Shown here one piece after another: positions 1-11,819 of a stretch of DNA of 64,000 bases. The position numbers were made by a program, and so were the translations under genes. The notes beneath the pieces were generated by a model. That model was not told the DNA's origin. It was given only the letters and a program-made list of their open reading frames with translations, and searched no databases. Each line of letters opens with the position of its first letter. Position 1 is the stretch's first letter. The DNA is taken from NCBI GenBank assembly GCA_965240325.2, contig OZ251233.1, positions 372,001 to 436,000 of the forward strand, written 5' to 3'. This stretch comes from Rebecca billardiae RCC1528 (taxonomy: Eukaryota > Protista > Haptophyta).

Positions 1-65
1 ATGCCCAAAGCACACGCCGACGACGCGCACGCGCTCGTGCCGCGTGGCTGCGCGGATGCATGCAC

Positions 66-402
66 TGAGCCGCTGCATCCACGGCGTCGACGGCTCGTCC
101 GTCACCATGCGGGCAGATCCCGAGATGATAATCCCGTCATACGCCTCCGGAGCTGGCAGCTCACCAAGCCACGCGCGGTACTCGTGCCACTCCACTGCTT
201 GTCCACTCGGCGGCGCGAACGCGCGCCGAAAGATCTCCGGGAGGTCGTGCCACTTCTCAGAGTCTGCCACGTTGACGATTGCCCAGCGCAGCGGCGTGGG
301 CGCGAGCCGGAGTCGCCGAGCGGCGCGGGCGGCCCGTGCGATCACGGCGAGTGACACGAGGAGCCCGCCGCCGAGCACGAGCAAGCCGACGCCGTCGCGC
401 AT
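66..402 (-). CDS. Class-I glutamine amidotransferase-like (GATase1/gamma-glutamyl peptidase-like) protein, exon 1; gene runs off the left edge
   Basis: My translation from ATG 402: MRDGVGLLVLGGGLLVSLAVIAR...WHEYRAWLGELPAPEAYDGIIISGSARMVTDEPSTPWMQRL. YDGIIISGS...PW is typical of GATase1, and the N-terminus is a hydrophobic anchor. A GT donor (GTGCAT) follows at 65. Absent from the ORF track. Confidence 0.8.
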
Positions 403-519
403 GCTGATCGCTCGTTGTGACGACGGGCGCAGTCCAGACCGCCACCGGGGCCGCTGCGAGGCGGGCACGCGTCGCGCTCCCACCGGCGAGCGGGCTGCGG
501 GTCGGCTTCGGCGAGCGCC

Positions 520-2241
520 ATGGCCGCCGCGCTCGTCAGCGTCATCGTCGTGTTGCATGCTGGCGAGCCGGCGTCGCGCGCGTCCCAGCTGGCGCTCGGT
601 CGCTGCGACGCCCGACTCGCAGCCCAGCCCATCCTCGCGCGCCCAGCCCGGCGCCGCCGCCTCCTCGCGATGCGCGGCGGGGGAGACGGCGAACCAGCTG
701 CCGACGCGCGCGGCGGCGCGAGGCGGGAGCCGCAGCCCGCCGCCGAGCCGGTCTCCCAGGCCGACGAGGCCATACTCGTGCTCAGGTGCATGCGGATGTG
801 GCAGCCCAGCCTGGCCTTCACCGCGCTGTGCTGGGCGCTCTACCTCGCGCCCGGCTGGGCGCGCGCGCGGCTGCCACTTTTCGCTCAGGCGCGCGGGTTT
901 GGCGCGGCGCGCGCGCTCGGCGCGTGCGCGCCGCGCGCGCAGCAAGGAGAGCCGGCGCTCGTGCCGTCGTCCTTGCACGCCGCCTTTCGCGCCGGTCGGC
1001 TCGCCGAGCGCGCGCGTGCCGCGACGCCGGCACAGCGGGCTGACTTCACCATGCAGCTGCGCGCTCTCTGCCCCAGCGCGCACCCGCTCGCGCGGGGCAG
1101 GGCGAAAGCCGAGGGCGGCGCGCTCTGCATCCGGGCGGAGTCGCAGGACCTGGGCGGCGGTGCCGCCGAGACGGGCGCGCCGTTTGCGGATTTCGACGCG
1201 CTCGAGGAGCGGCTGGCCGCGCTCGACGCGCGCGGCGCGGCGCTGGCGCGCGTGCGCGGCGCGTGCACGGCCGAGCGCGCGCGCGTGTTTGTGGGCGCGC
1301 TGGGCGGCAGCGTGGGGCTGGTGCTGCTGCTGCGCGCCGCGCGCGCGCACGCGCCGCCGGGGCTGCGCGCGCTCGGTCGGCGGGCCGCGGGCTGGATCGC
1401 GCCCGCCGCCTCCGCGCTCCATCGCGTCGGCGTGCTCGAGCTCAGCCTGTGGCTGCTCAGCGCCGCCCTGCTCGCAGATGCCCTGCTGTTTGCGCCGACC
1501 GGCCGGGCGGCCGCGGCGCTCGTGCTGCTCGGCGCGGGGCTGGCGCTTGGCCCCGCGCGCGAGCTGTCGCGCGCGCTGTGGGAGCCGCTGCCGAGCTCGG
1601 GCGGCACGGGCGGCGGCGGCGGCGGCGCGGCGCTGGGCATGCGCCGCGCCGACGCGCTCGGCCTCGCGTGGCGCGCGCTCTCCCTCGCGCCCCTCGCGCT
1701 CGCGCTGCGCTCCGCGCCGCTCGCGCTCGCCGCGCTCGGCTGCGCGTACGCGGCGCTCGGCGTGTGTCCGGTGGCGTCCGCGCTCGTGCGCCGCCTGGGC
1801 GCGGGCGGGGCGGAGGAGGCGGCGGCACGTGCGGCGGTGGCGTCGCTTGGCTTCATCGCCGCCGAGCTGGGCGTGCGCGCGGCGTGCGCGCGCCAGCGCA
1901 CGCCCGCGCGGCGCGGCGTGCGCGCGGCGCGCCTCTTTGCCACGCCCAGCTCGGCCCTGGGCGCCGGCGGGCTGCACGCGGCGACCATCTTCCTCAGCTC
2001 GGCGTGGCGACGGGCCGGCGTGCGCGCGTACGCGCGTGCAAACGCGCTGGCCGTGCTCGCGCTCGGCGGCACGTTCGCCGCCGGCCAGCTCGGTGGCTGG
2101 GCAGACCTCGCGCGCGGCGCGGCCGCGTGCGCCGCGCTCTGGGCCGCGCTCAAGGGCGCAGAGCTGCTCGGCGCGCTCGGCGTGCGCACCGCGGCCGCGT
2201 GCGTCGGGCTGGCGAGCGCGGCGCTGCTGCTGCATGGATGA
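520..2241 (+). CDS. Hypothetical multi-pass membrane protein with signal-like N-terminus
   Basis: 573-aa ORF with hydrophobic start (MAAALVSVIVVL) and many Leu/Ala/Trp-rich TM-like segments. The C-terminus may extend to 2305 through a frameshift (see findings). Confidence 0.65.
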   Translation: MAAALVSVIVVLHAGEPASRASQLALGRCDARLAAQPILARPARRRRLLAMRGGGDGEPAADARGGARREPQPAAEPVSQADEAILVLRCMRMWQPSLAFTALCWALYLAPGWARARLPLFAQARGFGAARALGACAPRAQQGEPALVPSSLHAAFRAGRLAERARAATPAQRADFTMQLRALCPSAHPLARGRAKAEGGALCIRAESQDLGGGAAETGAPFADFDALEERLAALDARGAALARVRGACTAERARVFVGALGGSVGLVLLLRAARAHAPPGLRALGRRAAGWIAPAASALHRVGVLELSLWLLSAALLADALLFAPTGRAAAALVLLGAGLALGPARELSRALWEPLPSSGGTGGGGGGAALGMRRADALGLAWRALSLAPLALALRSAPLALAALGCAYAALGVCPVASALVRRLGAGGAEEAAARAAVASLGFIAAELGVRAACARQRTPARRGVRAARLFATPSSALGAGGLHAATIFLSSAWRRAGVRAYARANALAVLALGGTFAAGQLGGWADLARGAAACAALWAALKGAELLGALGVRTAAACVGLASAALLLHG

Positions 2242-2503
2242 GCTTGCCGAGAAGCTTCAGCGGCTGCGAGGTGGCATCGACAAGCTGCTGACTGAAGACA
2301 GATAGTCAGTAGAGCATCATCGTCGCAGCGTGACTCTGCGTTGTCGTCACAGCGTCACGGCGGATGCATAATACTACGTCGCGTACGCTGCGAAATGCGC
2401 GCCGCGAAATGGCCGGCGGCAAAATAAACCCAATAAAGTATGCGAAACCAAATGACGATTGACCGTTGGCTTCGGAGGGGACTCCCGGTCCCGCCTCCGC
2501 ACG

Positions 2504-3091
2504 ATGGCTGACGCTCCGGGCGGCTCGCCTTTCGGCGCGCTGCGGCCGCGGCTACCGCCACCGCTCGTGCTGCGCCCGTTCGCTGAGGCTGACGTGCCCC
2601 GCGCCTACGAGCTCGAGGTCGCCGCCTTTCCGCCCGCTGAGGTGGCACCTCTCGAGCGGTTGGCGTACCGCGCCAAGTTTGCGCCTGCGTACTTCCATGG
2701 CCTCTATGACGGCGACGAGCTCATCGGCCTCGTTGTGGGCACGTGCGTCGTCGGCGTTGACGTGAAGCTGGATGATGGTGCTATGGCAAAGCATGACGAG
2801 TCTGGCGATGGTCCGCTCACGCTGTGCGTGCACAGCGTGATTGTTGAAGAGTCTCGTAGGCGGCGGGGCGTTGGGCGCGCCATGATGTGCGAGTATGTCG
2901 AGCGCATCGCGCAAGCGCCCGGACCGACGCAGCGCGTCGCGCGCGTACTACTCATTGCAAAGGCCGACAAGATCAGCTTCTACAGGTCTTGCGGCTTCAC
3001 GCTTCTCGGCGCCTCAGATATCGTGCATGGGACTGACAAGTGGTTCGAGATGGAGGTGCACACCATGGCCGTACGAGCTGCGCAAGGCTGA
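2504..3091 (+). CDS. GNAT N-acetyltransferase (Paa1/arylalkylamine NAT-like)
   Basis: LEVAAFPPAE, LCVHSVIV...RRRRGVGRAMM (acetyl-CoA motif A), LLIAK...FYRSCGF...HG..KWFEM. Intronless; ATG at 2504. Confidence 0.9.
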   Translation: MADAPGGSPFGALRPRLPPPLVLRPFAEADVPRAYELEVAAFPPAEVAPLERLAYRAKFAPAYFHGLYDGDELIGLVVGTCVVGVDVKLDDGAMAKHDESGDGPLTLCVHSVIVEESRRRRGVGRAMMCEYVERIAQAPGPTQRVARVLLIAKADKISFYRSCGFTLLGASDIVHGTDKWFEMEVHTMAVRAAQG

Positions 3092-3371
3092 TGAAGACTC
3101 GCGGCATGGCGTGCATCCGGTTATCCGTCTATTCATCCCCGGGGGCCCAGGCGATTGGGCTTACCGCTGGGCCCGCCTGGCGCCGAGCGAACCGTCAGGC
3201 AGGGGCTACTGAGTTGACTCAGGCCGCTGCGCGGGGCTTGACTACTTGAGTCACAGTGATGCAGTGATGAGTACTGTCGGGCTGAGTGGGGAGCCAGAGG
3301 CTTCAGGCTAGCAAGAGTTAGAGAGTAGTCGTGACTGTGAGACTCGCGCGCCGGTCTGTGAGACTCGCGCC

Positions 3372-3856
3372 CGCAATGGCCGCCTCGATGAGGTGCGGCA
3401 ACTACGCGCCCCTGCTCACGTCCCTGCCTGCGCCGGTCTGTTTTCGCAGTTTTCGTTTGGTGTAGTGGCGGTGTCTTTGCTGTGCTGCAGTGTTGGTTGG
3501 ATGGCGAATCACGCATATATAGCTTACCCAAGCAGTGTGCACGTTCGCAATGGCCGCCTCGATGAGGTGCTGCAACGCGCCCCTCACCTGCCTGCGCCGG
3601 TCTGTTTTCGCAGTTTTCGTTTGGTAGTGGCGGTGTCTTTGCTGTGCTGCAGTGTTGGTTGGATGGCGAATCACGCCTATAGCTTACCCAAGCAGTGTGC
3701 ACGTTCGCAATGGCCGCCTCGATGAGGTGCGGCAACGCGCCCCTCACCTGCCTGCGCCGGTCTGTTTTGCGCGGTGTCTGTGTGCAGTCACACTCACAGT
3801 GTTGGTTGGCCGATGGCGAATCACGCCTTACAGTATTACCCATAAGTGTGCACGTT
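3372..3856. repeat. Three tandem copies of a ~150-175-bp unit
   Basis: Unit cgcaatggccgcctcgatgaggtgc...gccggtctgtttt...gatggcgaatcacgc...gtgtgcacgtt starts near 3372, 3547 and 3707. Copies differ by small indels. Confidence 0.9.
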
Positions 3857-4817
3857 ATTAAAACATCATAGTATTATAAACTGTAGTGCCCTGCCGGCGC
3901 GGGAAGCGCGGGCCTCGGCGTGACGCGCATGGCAGGCGGATTCGATGTCCATCGAGCCGCCGCACCTCGTCGCAGCGCGCCGTCGAGAAACGCCAGGAGC
4001 GCAAGGCGGCGCGGCTGGCGGCCTCTCGGCCCGCAGCACCTGCGCCTGCCCCAGCTGCTGCCCCCCACGCGGACCGAACTCGTACATGGACGACGACTCG
4101 GACGACGAGAATGCGCAGCAGTCGGGGGCAAAGCGTACCCTGCACGCCGCAGCAGCGCCAGCCGCCGCCAGCAAGCCAGCTGAGCAGAGTGGCAAGCGCG
4201 CACGCGGCCGCGCAGGGCATACGGGGACGTCTACATCACCGCTGGACCACCCGCCAGGGCCCAGCGGCTGAGACGGCCGTCTGACATCCGGACCTGCACC
4301 CTCGCCCTCGCTCGGGGCACAGCAGGTCCATGCGAGCCGCGCAGCGCCGTTGGATCGCGCTCCAGCAGCTCAAGGCCGCGCTCAAGCCATTCGATCGCGG
4401 TTCAGGAATGAGTCAAGGGCCGCTTGTGCCAGTGCTGTTTATGTTTTAGATAGCTTCGCCATCAGGCATCAGCTCAAAAATCAGACGACGACTATGGCAA
4501 GACTATGGGTACATCCTGACGGATGAATCTGCAATAAGACGTGATGATGATTCGAGCCCGCGTTTGAGCGTGTGCGCGCCAATCCTACCTGTAAATGGCC
4601 GCGCCTGCAGGAGAAGACATCCGAAGACATGCCCCCATACGTCGTCAGCCTAGGATGATGACCGCTGCCTCATCATACCGCCATAGGCATGAGCGCGGGA
4701 TTCTTCGAGAATCGAGAGTCGAGACCCAACTGGAAGTTCCGCCGAAGTGGACCCCGAGCATAGCCAGCAGCCCGCTCGAGCGCGATGTCAACTGCTGGCC
4801 AAGCGCCCGCGCGCGCG

Positions 4818-5827
4818 ATGGAGGCGGGGGGCGCATCGGTCAAGGCCGCCGCTGGCGCGAGCACGGCTCCGAGCAACAGGACCATGGCGATCGTCTCTGT
4901 CCTGAAGGGCAACCTCACGCCATGGTGGTTCTTCGGAACGATCTTTGTGATCTATTTTTTGTGCGCGCTTGGGCTCCCGCGTGTGGAGACGGACGGAGCC
5001 GTCATGGGGACGCACATCCCACTGGCCTTCATGTTCGTGGTTGTGTGCGCATGGAACTTGTACCACACGCCGAGCCACGGGCCGACTTTCCGACAGCTGC
5101 ATAAGATCGTGGGCTGGACCGCCATGGCGGTCGGCTTCTTCTCCATTTTGACAGGATGTGCGCGCGCGCTCAGCGACCCGCTGGGCGGTGCTGCGATGCG
5201 CAGCACCGTGATGCCATGGTCGCGAGCGCCCCAAGCTGTCTACTGAGTGCTAACCCACGCGCGACGCCATCGTGCGATGCCCCGCGTAGACATTTACATT
5301 CTCAACGGCGAGGCCCAGGCGGACCTGGGCACGAAGATCCTGATGATGGCCATCGGGCTGATGCAGCTCGTTTTGCAGCTTCTCGGGATCTGGTACGTCC
5401 GCGGGTACAAGTGGATTGAGATGCACTCGGCGATGATGACCTACATGTTCTACATGTCTGGCGTGCTCATTGCCATGTGCGCGCGCGCCCACACGGCGAC
5501 TCAGCGGCCTGCGTGGGGCGGCGGTGAACTGGGCCGGGCCCGCGCAATGCCTCTCGCACTGCCGCTTACTTACGCGCGCACCGGGCGCCGCCACGCGGCC
5601 CACCCGCGCTCGACGGTGGGTGATGTTCGCGCACCGATGCCTGCCTGCTGCTCACTACACCGGTGATGCGTGATCGCAACATCAGCAACTGGCTGCCGAA
5701 AATGGTCACGGGGAACGCGCTGGTGGGCACCCCAGCCACGAATTGGATGTTTGTGTCCATGCTCTCGGCGCTCTACATCGCGCGGCTTGCCGTGCGCCAC
5801 AACCGCTCGGCCCTTGGCGCCGAATAG
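4818..5827 (+). CDS. DUF2306-like membrane protein (paralog A), 3 exons
   Basis: Introns 5158-5289 and 5477-5685 (GT-AG). Spliced protein ...HIPLAFMF...WNLYHTPSHG...LHKIVGW...WIEMHSAMM...INWLPKM...GAE*, collinear with paralog B at 36310-37334. Family guessed from the His pattern. Confidence 0.8.
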
Positions 5828-6099
5828 AGCCATCGGCGCCATTATTGGTAAGGCCTGCTACTGGCGCTCGGACACTCGGCGCCAAGATGCGCGCCTTTCA
5901 GAATGAGAAAGTGGTCGCCGTCGTACGTATATTGTTCGTCTCAATTATAAAAATTATATACGTCGCATCATCGTACACACACACATCACCGATCATCACA
6001 CGCATATGCCGCCATGGGCATACTATCAATTATTATATTCATCCGCCGAACGACTACACGTACAGCAGTACTTCCCGCGGCCCGGCGGCCGATTCCTTA

Positions 6100-6151
6100 C
6101 AGTTTACTAAGAATAAGAGACGCACACAGCTCAGGCAGGCGAGATTACAGT
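6100..6151 (+). mobile_element. Tc1/mariner (pogo/Tc2-like) terminal fragment, copy 1
   Basis: TA|CAGTTTACTAAGAATAAGAGACGCAC; reverse-complement copies at 57581-57611 and 63364-63417. Confidence 0.6.
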
Positions 6152-6916
6152 ACAGTAAGGACCTTAGCAGCCTATACTCAGCAGGCAATAATAATGTCAG
6201 CTAGCAGATCAGAACAGCAGCACTGTCTCTCTCTGGCTCTCTCTCTCTCGTCTCTCTCTCTCTCTATGATACAGTGATGCCACTCTGTCAGCCGCAGCTG
6301 ACTGGCCGTCTGGCCGGTGTCGGGTGTGCTGGCAATCCGTCTAGTAAGTATCACTATCAGAATTTAGTTTTTAGTCAGCACTCAGCCGTGCGAGGGCTGA
6401 CTCATGTCAGCTGAACTGCCCTGCAGTACCACATACTACGACTACTATATATATATATAGCTATACACACACACACACACAACACCGTTTATCGTCATGC
6501 TAAGTGCACTACACGACAACTATACTTTGACGAGACTACGGCTGATGACGCGTGGCACCGCATTGACATTGTCCGCAAGCCACCAAGCACTGCGGTGGCG
6601 CGCACGCGAACGCGTCGACGCCAGACTGAGACTCAGACTGTGCCCACGTCGGGCTTCCACTCCGGGCGAAGGAGTGACGATGGGCGACTACGAGCTACGA
6701 GGGCGGGGGGGGGAGGGGGGGGGGGGGCGATCCGCTACGGCGTAAGACTGACTCTGACGCCTAGCTAGTAGCTGCTGTGCACCCCTTGAATGCAGCTTCG
6801 TCACCCGAGCTTCGGTCTCAAGTCTCAAGTGGACGACGGTTGGCCCGGCCGCCCGGATCCTGTGCGGCTATGCTTCGTCGAATTGATATTCAAACGGCCG
6901 AGCTTCGCCCCCCAGG

Positions 6917-9900
6917 ATGGAGAACGCGTCGCCCAACGCGCGCGTGCCTGCCTCGTCGGCCAAGCCGCCGCCGTCGATCGCGGCGAGCGTTGCAGGCGGC
7001 GCGTCCGTGCCGACGCCCCAGCGGGGCTACTCGCCCGGTGGCACCGCCTTCACGGCTTACGAGGGCTACGCCGGGGCCGGCGCGGGAGCGCCGCCGGCGC
7101 CGCCGACGCGGCTCGCCACTCCGCGCGCCGTGCTCTCGCCCGCGTTCGCGAGTGCGACGCCCGCGCGCGGTGGCGGCGCGCGCGAGGCAGACGCACCGAC
7201 GCTGCGTGACCACCTGCTCGGCTCGGTGCAGCCGCTGCTCGACACGGTCCACCGGCTGCACGCCGCGGGCGTCGAGGAGCTCGGCATCTCGCTGCCACGG
7301 ATCGTCGTGGTCGGCGAGCAGTCGTCGGGCAAGTCGTCGGTGCTCGAGGCGCTGATCGGGTACGACATCCTGCCCACGGGCTCGGGTATCGTCACGCGCC
7401 GCCCGCTCTGGCTGCGCCTCGTCTCCACCGCCTCGGAGCACGCGCCGGGCACGCGCGCGTTTGCGGCGGACTGCGACGACGACGCGCTGAGCGTGGACAG
7501 CGAGCGGAGTGGCGACGAGGCGGAGGCGGGCGAGGAGGAGGGCGCGCCGCGGCCGCCGCGCCGCGGAGCCGCGACCTCGCGCCCCTCCACCGCCGGCCCG
7601 TCGCGCTCCTCCTCCTCGCTCGCCTCCTCCGCCGCCGGCCAGCCTGAGCCGGAGCCGCGCGCTCGGATTGGGGAGAGCGCCGGCGCGATGCAGCCGGTGC
7701 CCTCGCTCGCGGCGCTCAAGTCGGGTGCGCGCGGCGCGGCGCGAGCCGCGGCTGCTGCGCGCCGCCCGGACCTCCGGGCCCTCCGCTCCGCCTCGCGGCC
7801 TCTCTCTTGCGCGTGCGCGGCTCGTGTCCGCTCGCGCGCGCGCCTGCCTCGGGGTTGGATGCCGATGCCGCGATGGCGCTCGGGCTGATTGTGTGCTCCG
7901 GCGCGCTGTGCGCCGCGCGCGCGCGCGCGCGCAGCCATCGAGCAGATGACGAACCAGGTGGCGGGCGAGCGCGCCGGCATCTGCGCCGCGCCGATCTACG
8001 TCGAGCTCGCCGGCCCCCGCTGCCCGGAGCTCACGCTGGTCGACCTGCCGGGCATCGTGAAGAACCCGCTCCCCGGCTCCGACCAGCCCGCGGACATCGA
8101 GGCGAAGACGCTCGAGCTCGTGCGGCTGTTCGGCGCGTCGCCGTCGGCGATCCTGCTGGCGGTCGTGCCGGCGATCATCGACCCGGTGGGTTGCGCGAGC
8201 GCGCGGAGAGCCGCCGGGCTGCGGCCCGCCGCGACGGGCGCACGCGCGCGCGCGCGCGCCCCTCGCGCCTCAGCCGGCGCGGCGCGCCTCTGTGCCTCTG
8301 CGCTCGCGCGCGCGCCCGCGCTCCGCAGGCGACCTCGGACGCGATTCGCGCGGCGCGCGCGCTCGACCCGACGGGCGAGCGCACGCTCGGCGTGCTGACC
8401 AAGCTCGACCTGCTCGACGGCACCGGCGGCTCCGCCGCGCCCTCGCTCCGCGCCAACCCCTTCCGGTTCGGGCTCGGCGTGGTCGGCACGCGCAACCGCA
8501 CGTGCGCGGATGTGGGCGCGGGCATGTCGGTGGCAGAGGCGCGCGCGCGCGAGCGCGCCTACTTCAAGGCGCACGGCGAGTACCGCTCGCTGCCGCGCTC
8601 GCAGCTCGGCGCTGCCGCGCTCGCCGCGCGGCTCGGGCGCACGCTCGCCGAGCGCGTCGCCGCCGCGCTCCCGGCGATCTGGCGCGCGATCGACGACCGC
8701 GCGCACGCGCTGGGCGAGACACTGGACGCACTCGCCTCGCCCACGCGCGGCCGCGGCCGCGGCGCCGCGGGCGGCGGGCGCGAGGAGGGCGCGGGCGCGC
8801 GCGCGGTGGTGACGGAGAAGGTGTGCGCGTTCAGCACGCACTTCACCGACGCGCTCCTTGGCCGCGCCTCCGCCGCGCTCACGATGCGCGCCTCGCTCGC
8901 GGCGCACGGCGGCACCGCCGACGCTGCGACCGCCGGCGCGGGCGGCGGCTCGGCGGCGGAGGCGGAGCAGAGGTCGAGCGTGGGGCTAGCGCACGTGCTC
9001 GCGCAGTTCCGAGCGTTCGGCGAGCGCGTGAGCAACTACGCCGCGGGCGCCGCGCCCGGCGGCGCGCACGCCGCCGCGCGCCCGGCCGGCGGCGCGGCGG
9101 CCGCGGCGGTCTCGGCGGGCGGGTGCGGCTGGCGCGCGTGTGAGTTTGACGTGGGCGGCGCAATCTCGGACGAGGAGATCGCCGCGACGCTCGCCGCGTC
9201 GCACGGCGCGTCCGTGCCCGGCTTCGACTCGTTCGATGCGTTCCAGACGCTGATCACGCGCCACCACGCGTCGCTGCGCGCGCCCGCGCTCGGCGCGGTC
9301 GAGGCGATCTCCGAGCACCTGCGCGCGCAGCTGCTGCCGCACGCGCTCCGCGCGTCGGGGCTGCACCGCTACCCTCCGCTGGCGGAGGCGGTGGCCGAGG
9401 CGGCGCGCGAGGCGCTCGGCGAGGCGACCGCGGCGGCGCGCGAGGCGGTGCACTGCCTCATCGACCAGCTCGGTGCGCGGCGCGCGCGCGCCGCCGCGCC
9501 GCGCGCCCGGCGGGCAGAGCTGAGCCGAGCCTGGCTGTGCGTGCGCGCGCTCCGCCCGCGCCGCGCCGTCCGCTGCCTGCTGACTGCTGCCGCCGCCGCC
9601 CGTCCCTGCCGCTGCCGCTGCCGCTGCCTGCCGCTGCGGTTGCTGTTGCCTGTCTGACTGCCGCCACCTGTCTGCCTGCCGCCGCCGCAGGCTACACGTA
9701 CACGGCCGACGAGCGCTACGCCGCCGCGGCGCTCGCGGCCGAGCTCGAGCCGGCACACGCCGCGCCCAAGCCCCGCGCGGCGCGCGGCGCGCCCGGCCGC
9801 GCGCCGCACGAGCCGTCGGCCACGGCCGCCATGGGCGCGCGGCGCGTGCAGCAGCTCCGAGCCAAGCTGGGCGCGTACGACGCGCTCGTGCGCGCGCACG

Positions 9901-10818
9901 TGGCGGACGCCGTGCCGCGCGCGATCGGCTGGCACATGCTCAGCCGGCTGCAGGTGCGCGCCTCGCGCGAGCGCCCGCGGCCTGCCCGAGGTGCGCCGCG
10001 CGCTCGCCCCGCGGCCGTGCGCCGGGCACTGAGCGCCGCTGCGGGCTGCGCGCCGCCGCGGGCTGCGCGCACGTGCGCAGGCCTCGTTCCAGGTCTCGCT
10101 GCAGCGCGCGGTGGTCGACGGCAAGGACGAGCTCGAGCTCGACGCGCTGCTCACCGAGCATGAGCAGGTAGCCAAGCTCAAGGTGCGCGCGCCCGTGGCG
10201 ATCGCGGCTCGCCTGCGCCGCGCGCAGCCGGCGCCACGCGCGCCCACGCCCGAGATCGCGCTCTCGAATCGCAATCTCGACTCTCGATGCACGTTGACGG
10301 CGCGTGCGGTGCGACGGCGGTGCCGCGTGCGTGCGCGCGCGCCGACGATGCGGCAGGCCGCCGCATCCCGCGAGCTCGCCATCCTCAACGAGGCCTCCGA
10401 GACGCTGCGCAGGATGCGCGTGCCGCGCGCTGTGCTGAGCGCGGCCGCGCCGCCCGCGTCCGCGGCCAAGGGCGGCGGCGGCGGCGCGGCGATGACGGCC
10501 ACGTTCGCTGCGCTGCCTGCCTCTTTTCCGAGCGTGGCGCTGGGCGGGATGACGGCGAGTCCCGCCGCCGAAGGCGCGCGCGCGGCGGCAGCGCACGGCG
10601 CCGCGCCCGAGCCGGCGCAGCCGCGCGCGCGCAGCCGGCAGGAGGCACGGCGCGACGGCGGCGGCGCGGACGACGGCGGCTGGTGCGGCTCGACGCTGCT
10701 GCGCGCGACCCTCGTCGCCGCCGTCGCCGCCGCGGCGGCGTCGGCGGCGGCGACCGTCGTGCAGCTCACGGCTGTCTACGCGGCGGATGCGTCCGAGGGT
10801 GCGGCCGGCGAGTGGTGA
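6917..10818 (+). CDS. Dynamin-family GTPase, Mx/DRP4-like, 6 exons
   Basis: G1 [13 protein letters not shown]2 TRRPL, G3 LVDLPG, G4 TKLD; stalk [10 protein letters not shown]; GED-like [15 protein letters not shown]. Introns 7725-7934, 8186-8328, 9473-9690, 9954-10080, 10183-10356. Confidence 0.9.
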
Positions 10819-11004
10819 GAGGCAGAGAGCGGGCCGAGGCACGACTCATCAGCCTCAGGCAGGGAGCCGGTCGCGGCGTTGTTGCGGCTCGGAGCTTCAT
10901 TGCGGAGTCGAGCGACATCGAGCGAAGCGGTGCGCCGCGGCTACTGTCTTGATGATACCGCCGTTCGATGCATCAAACCACTCCGATTGGTCTCAGCTGC
11001 ACGA

Positions 11005-11446
11005 GTGAAATACAGGCGCCTCGCTGCCAGGGCCAGTGGCCCAGACCCCTGCCCAGCTACTGGGCTCGATGACAGTCCCCTCAGCTCCCTTCCCCGCGCA
11101 GGGATCGGCTAGTGGCTGGCCCTCTGCCCACACTGGGGCACCCTAGGGGGTGCCCCTGCTGCCGACTCGGCTCAAACTCGATGATCTTGAATTGCAAGGC
11201 CGTACACTGCTTGTACCTGGGACCACCCCACAGTGTTGGGCTCGTATGCTGTTGGCAATGGCATACCCCCGCCCCCTCTGGAGGCGGGCTGTCCACAGTG
11301 GAGTGGTGTCAAGACACTAGGTGTCTCGGTCAGTGGTTTGAGGTTGGGTGAGGGTGGTGGTTGGTTGGGGGCTGGCCAGGGTAGGGCTGGAGGCTTCGGC
11401 CGCCAGCCTGATCACCCGGAGCCCGTTATAAAGGGGAATTTAAAAA
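11005..11446 (+). mobile_element. Non-LTR retroelement (LINE/SINE) 3' end with A-tail, longer copy
   Basis: 11345-11446 appears identical to 57365-57466 and ends aaaggggaatttaaaaa. The 5' boundary is approximate. Confidence 0.6.
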
Positions 11447-11819
11447 TTACCTGTCTATATTTGGACGGCTCCCGATTGGATCATTGACCCGGAAGTGGCG
11501 ATTAGCTCATATATGTCAAGACCAAACGTCCTCCCGTTGCACACCAACTCGTCCTAATTATATATATATAAAGTAGTCGGTCTCGGGCAGAAGCGGGTTT
11601 AACCAAGGCCGCCCTCTTGGGCCGCTATTCATTTCATTCGGGGTACAGGTATCTTGACGTACCCGCACCGCATGAGGCGTGACACTTTTCCTGTAAGTGC
11701 GCCGCCGCTTTGTCTCGCGGCGGATCGTAACGGGCTCGGACATGTCGTTAGGCCGCGGTTGAAGTGCAGGGGTTGCGAAGTTCGCACCCCTGCCCCGGCC
11801 TGGCGCGGGCGCGGCGGGC

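Noticed and set aside
3886-4284. Short protein-like fragments (AVEKRQERKAARLAA; YMDDDSDDE)
   Set aside because: Split across frames with no splice signals or domain. May be a decayed element but cannot be supported as a feature.
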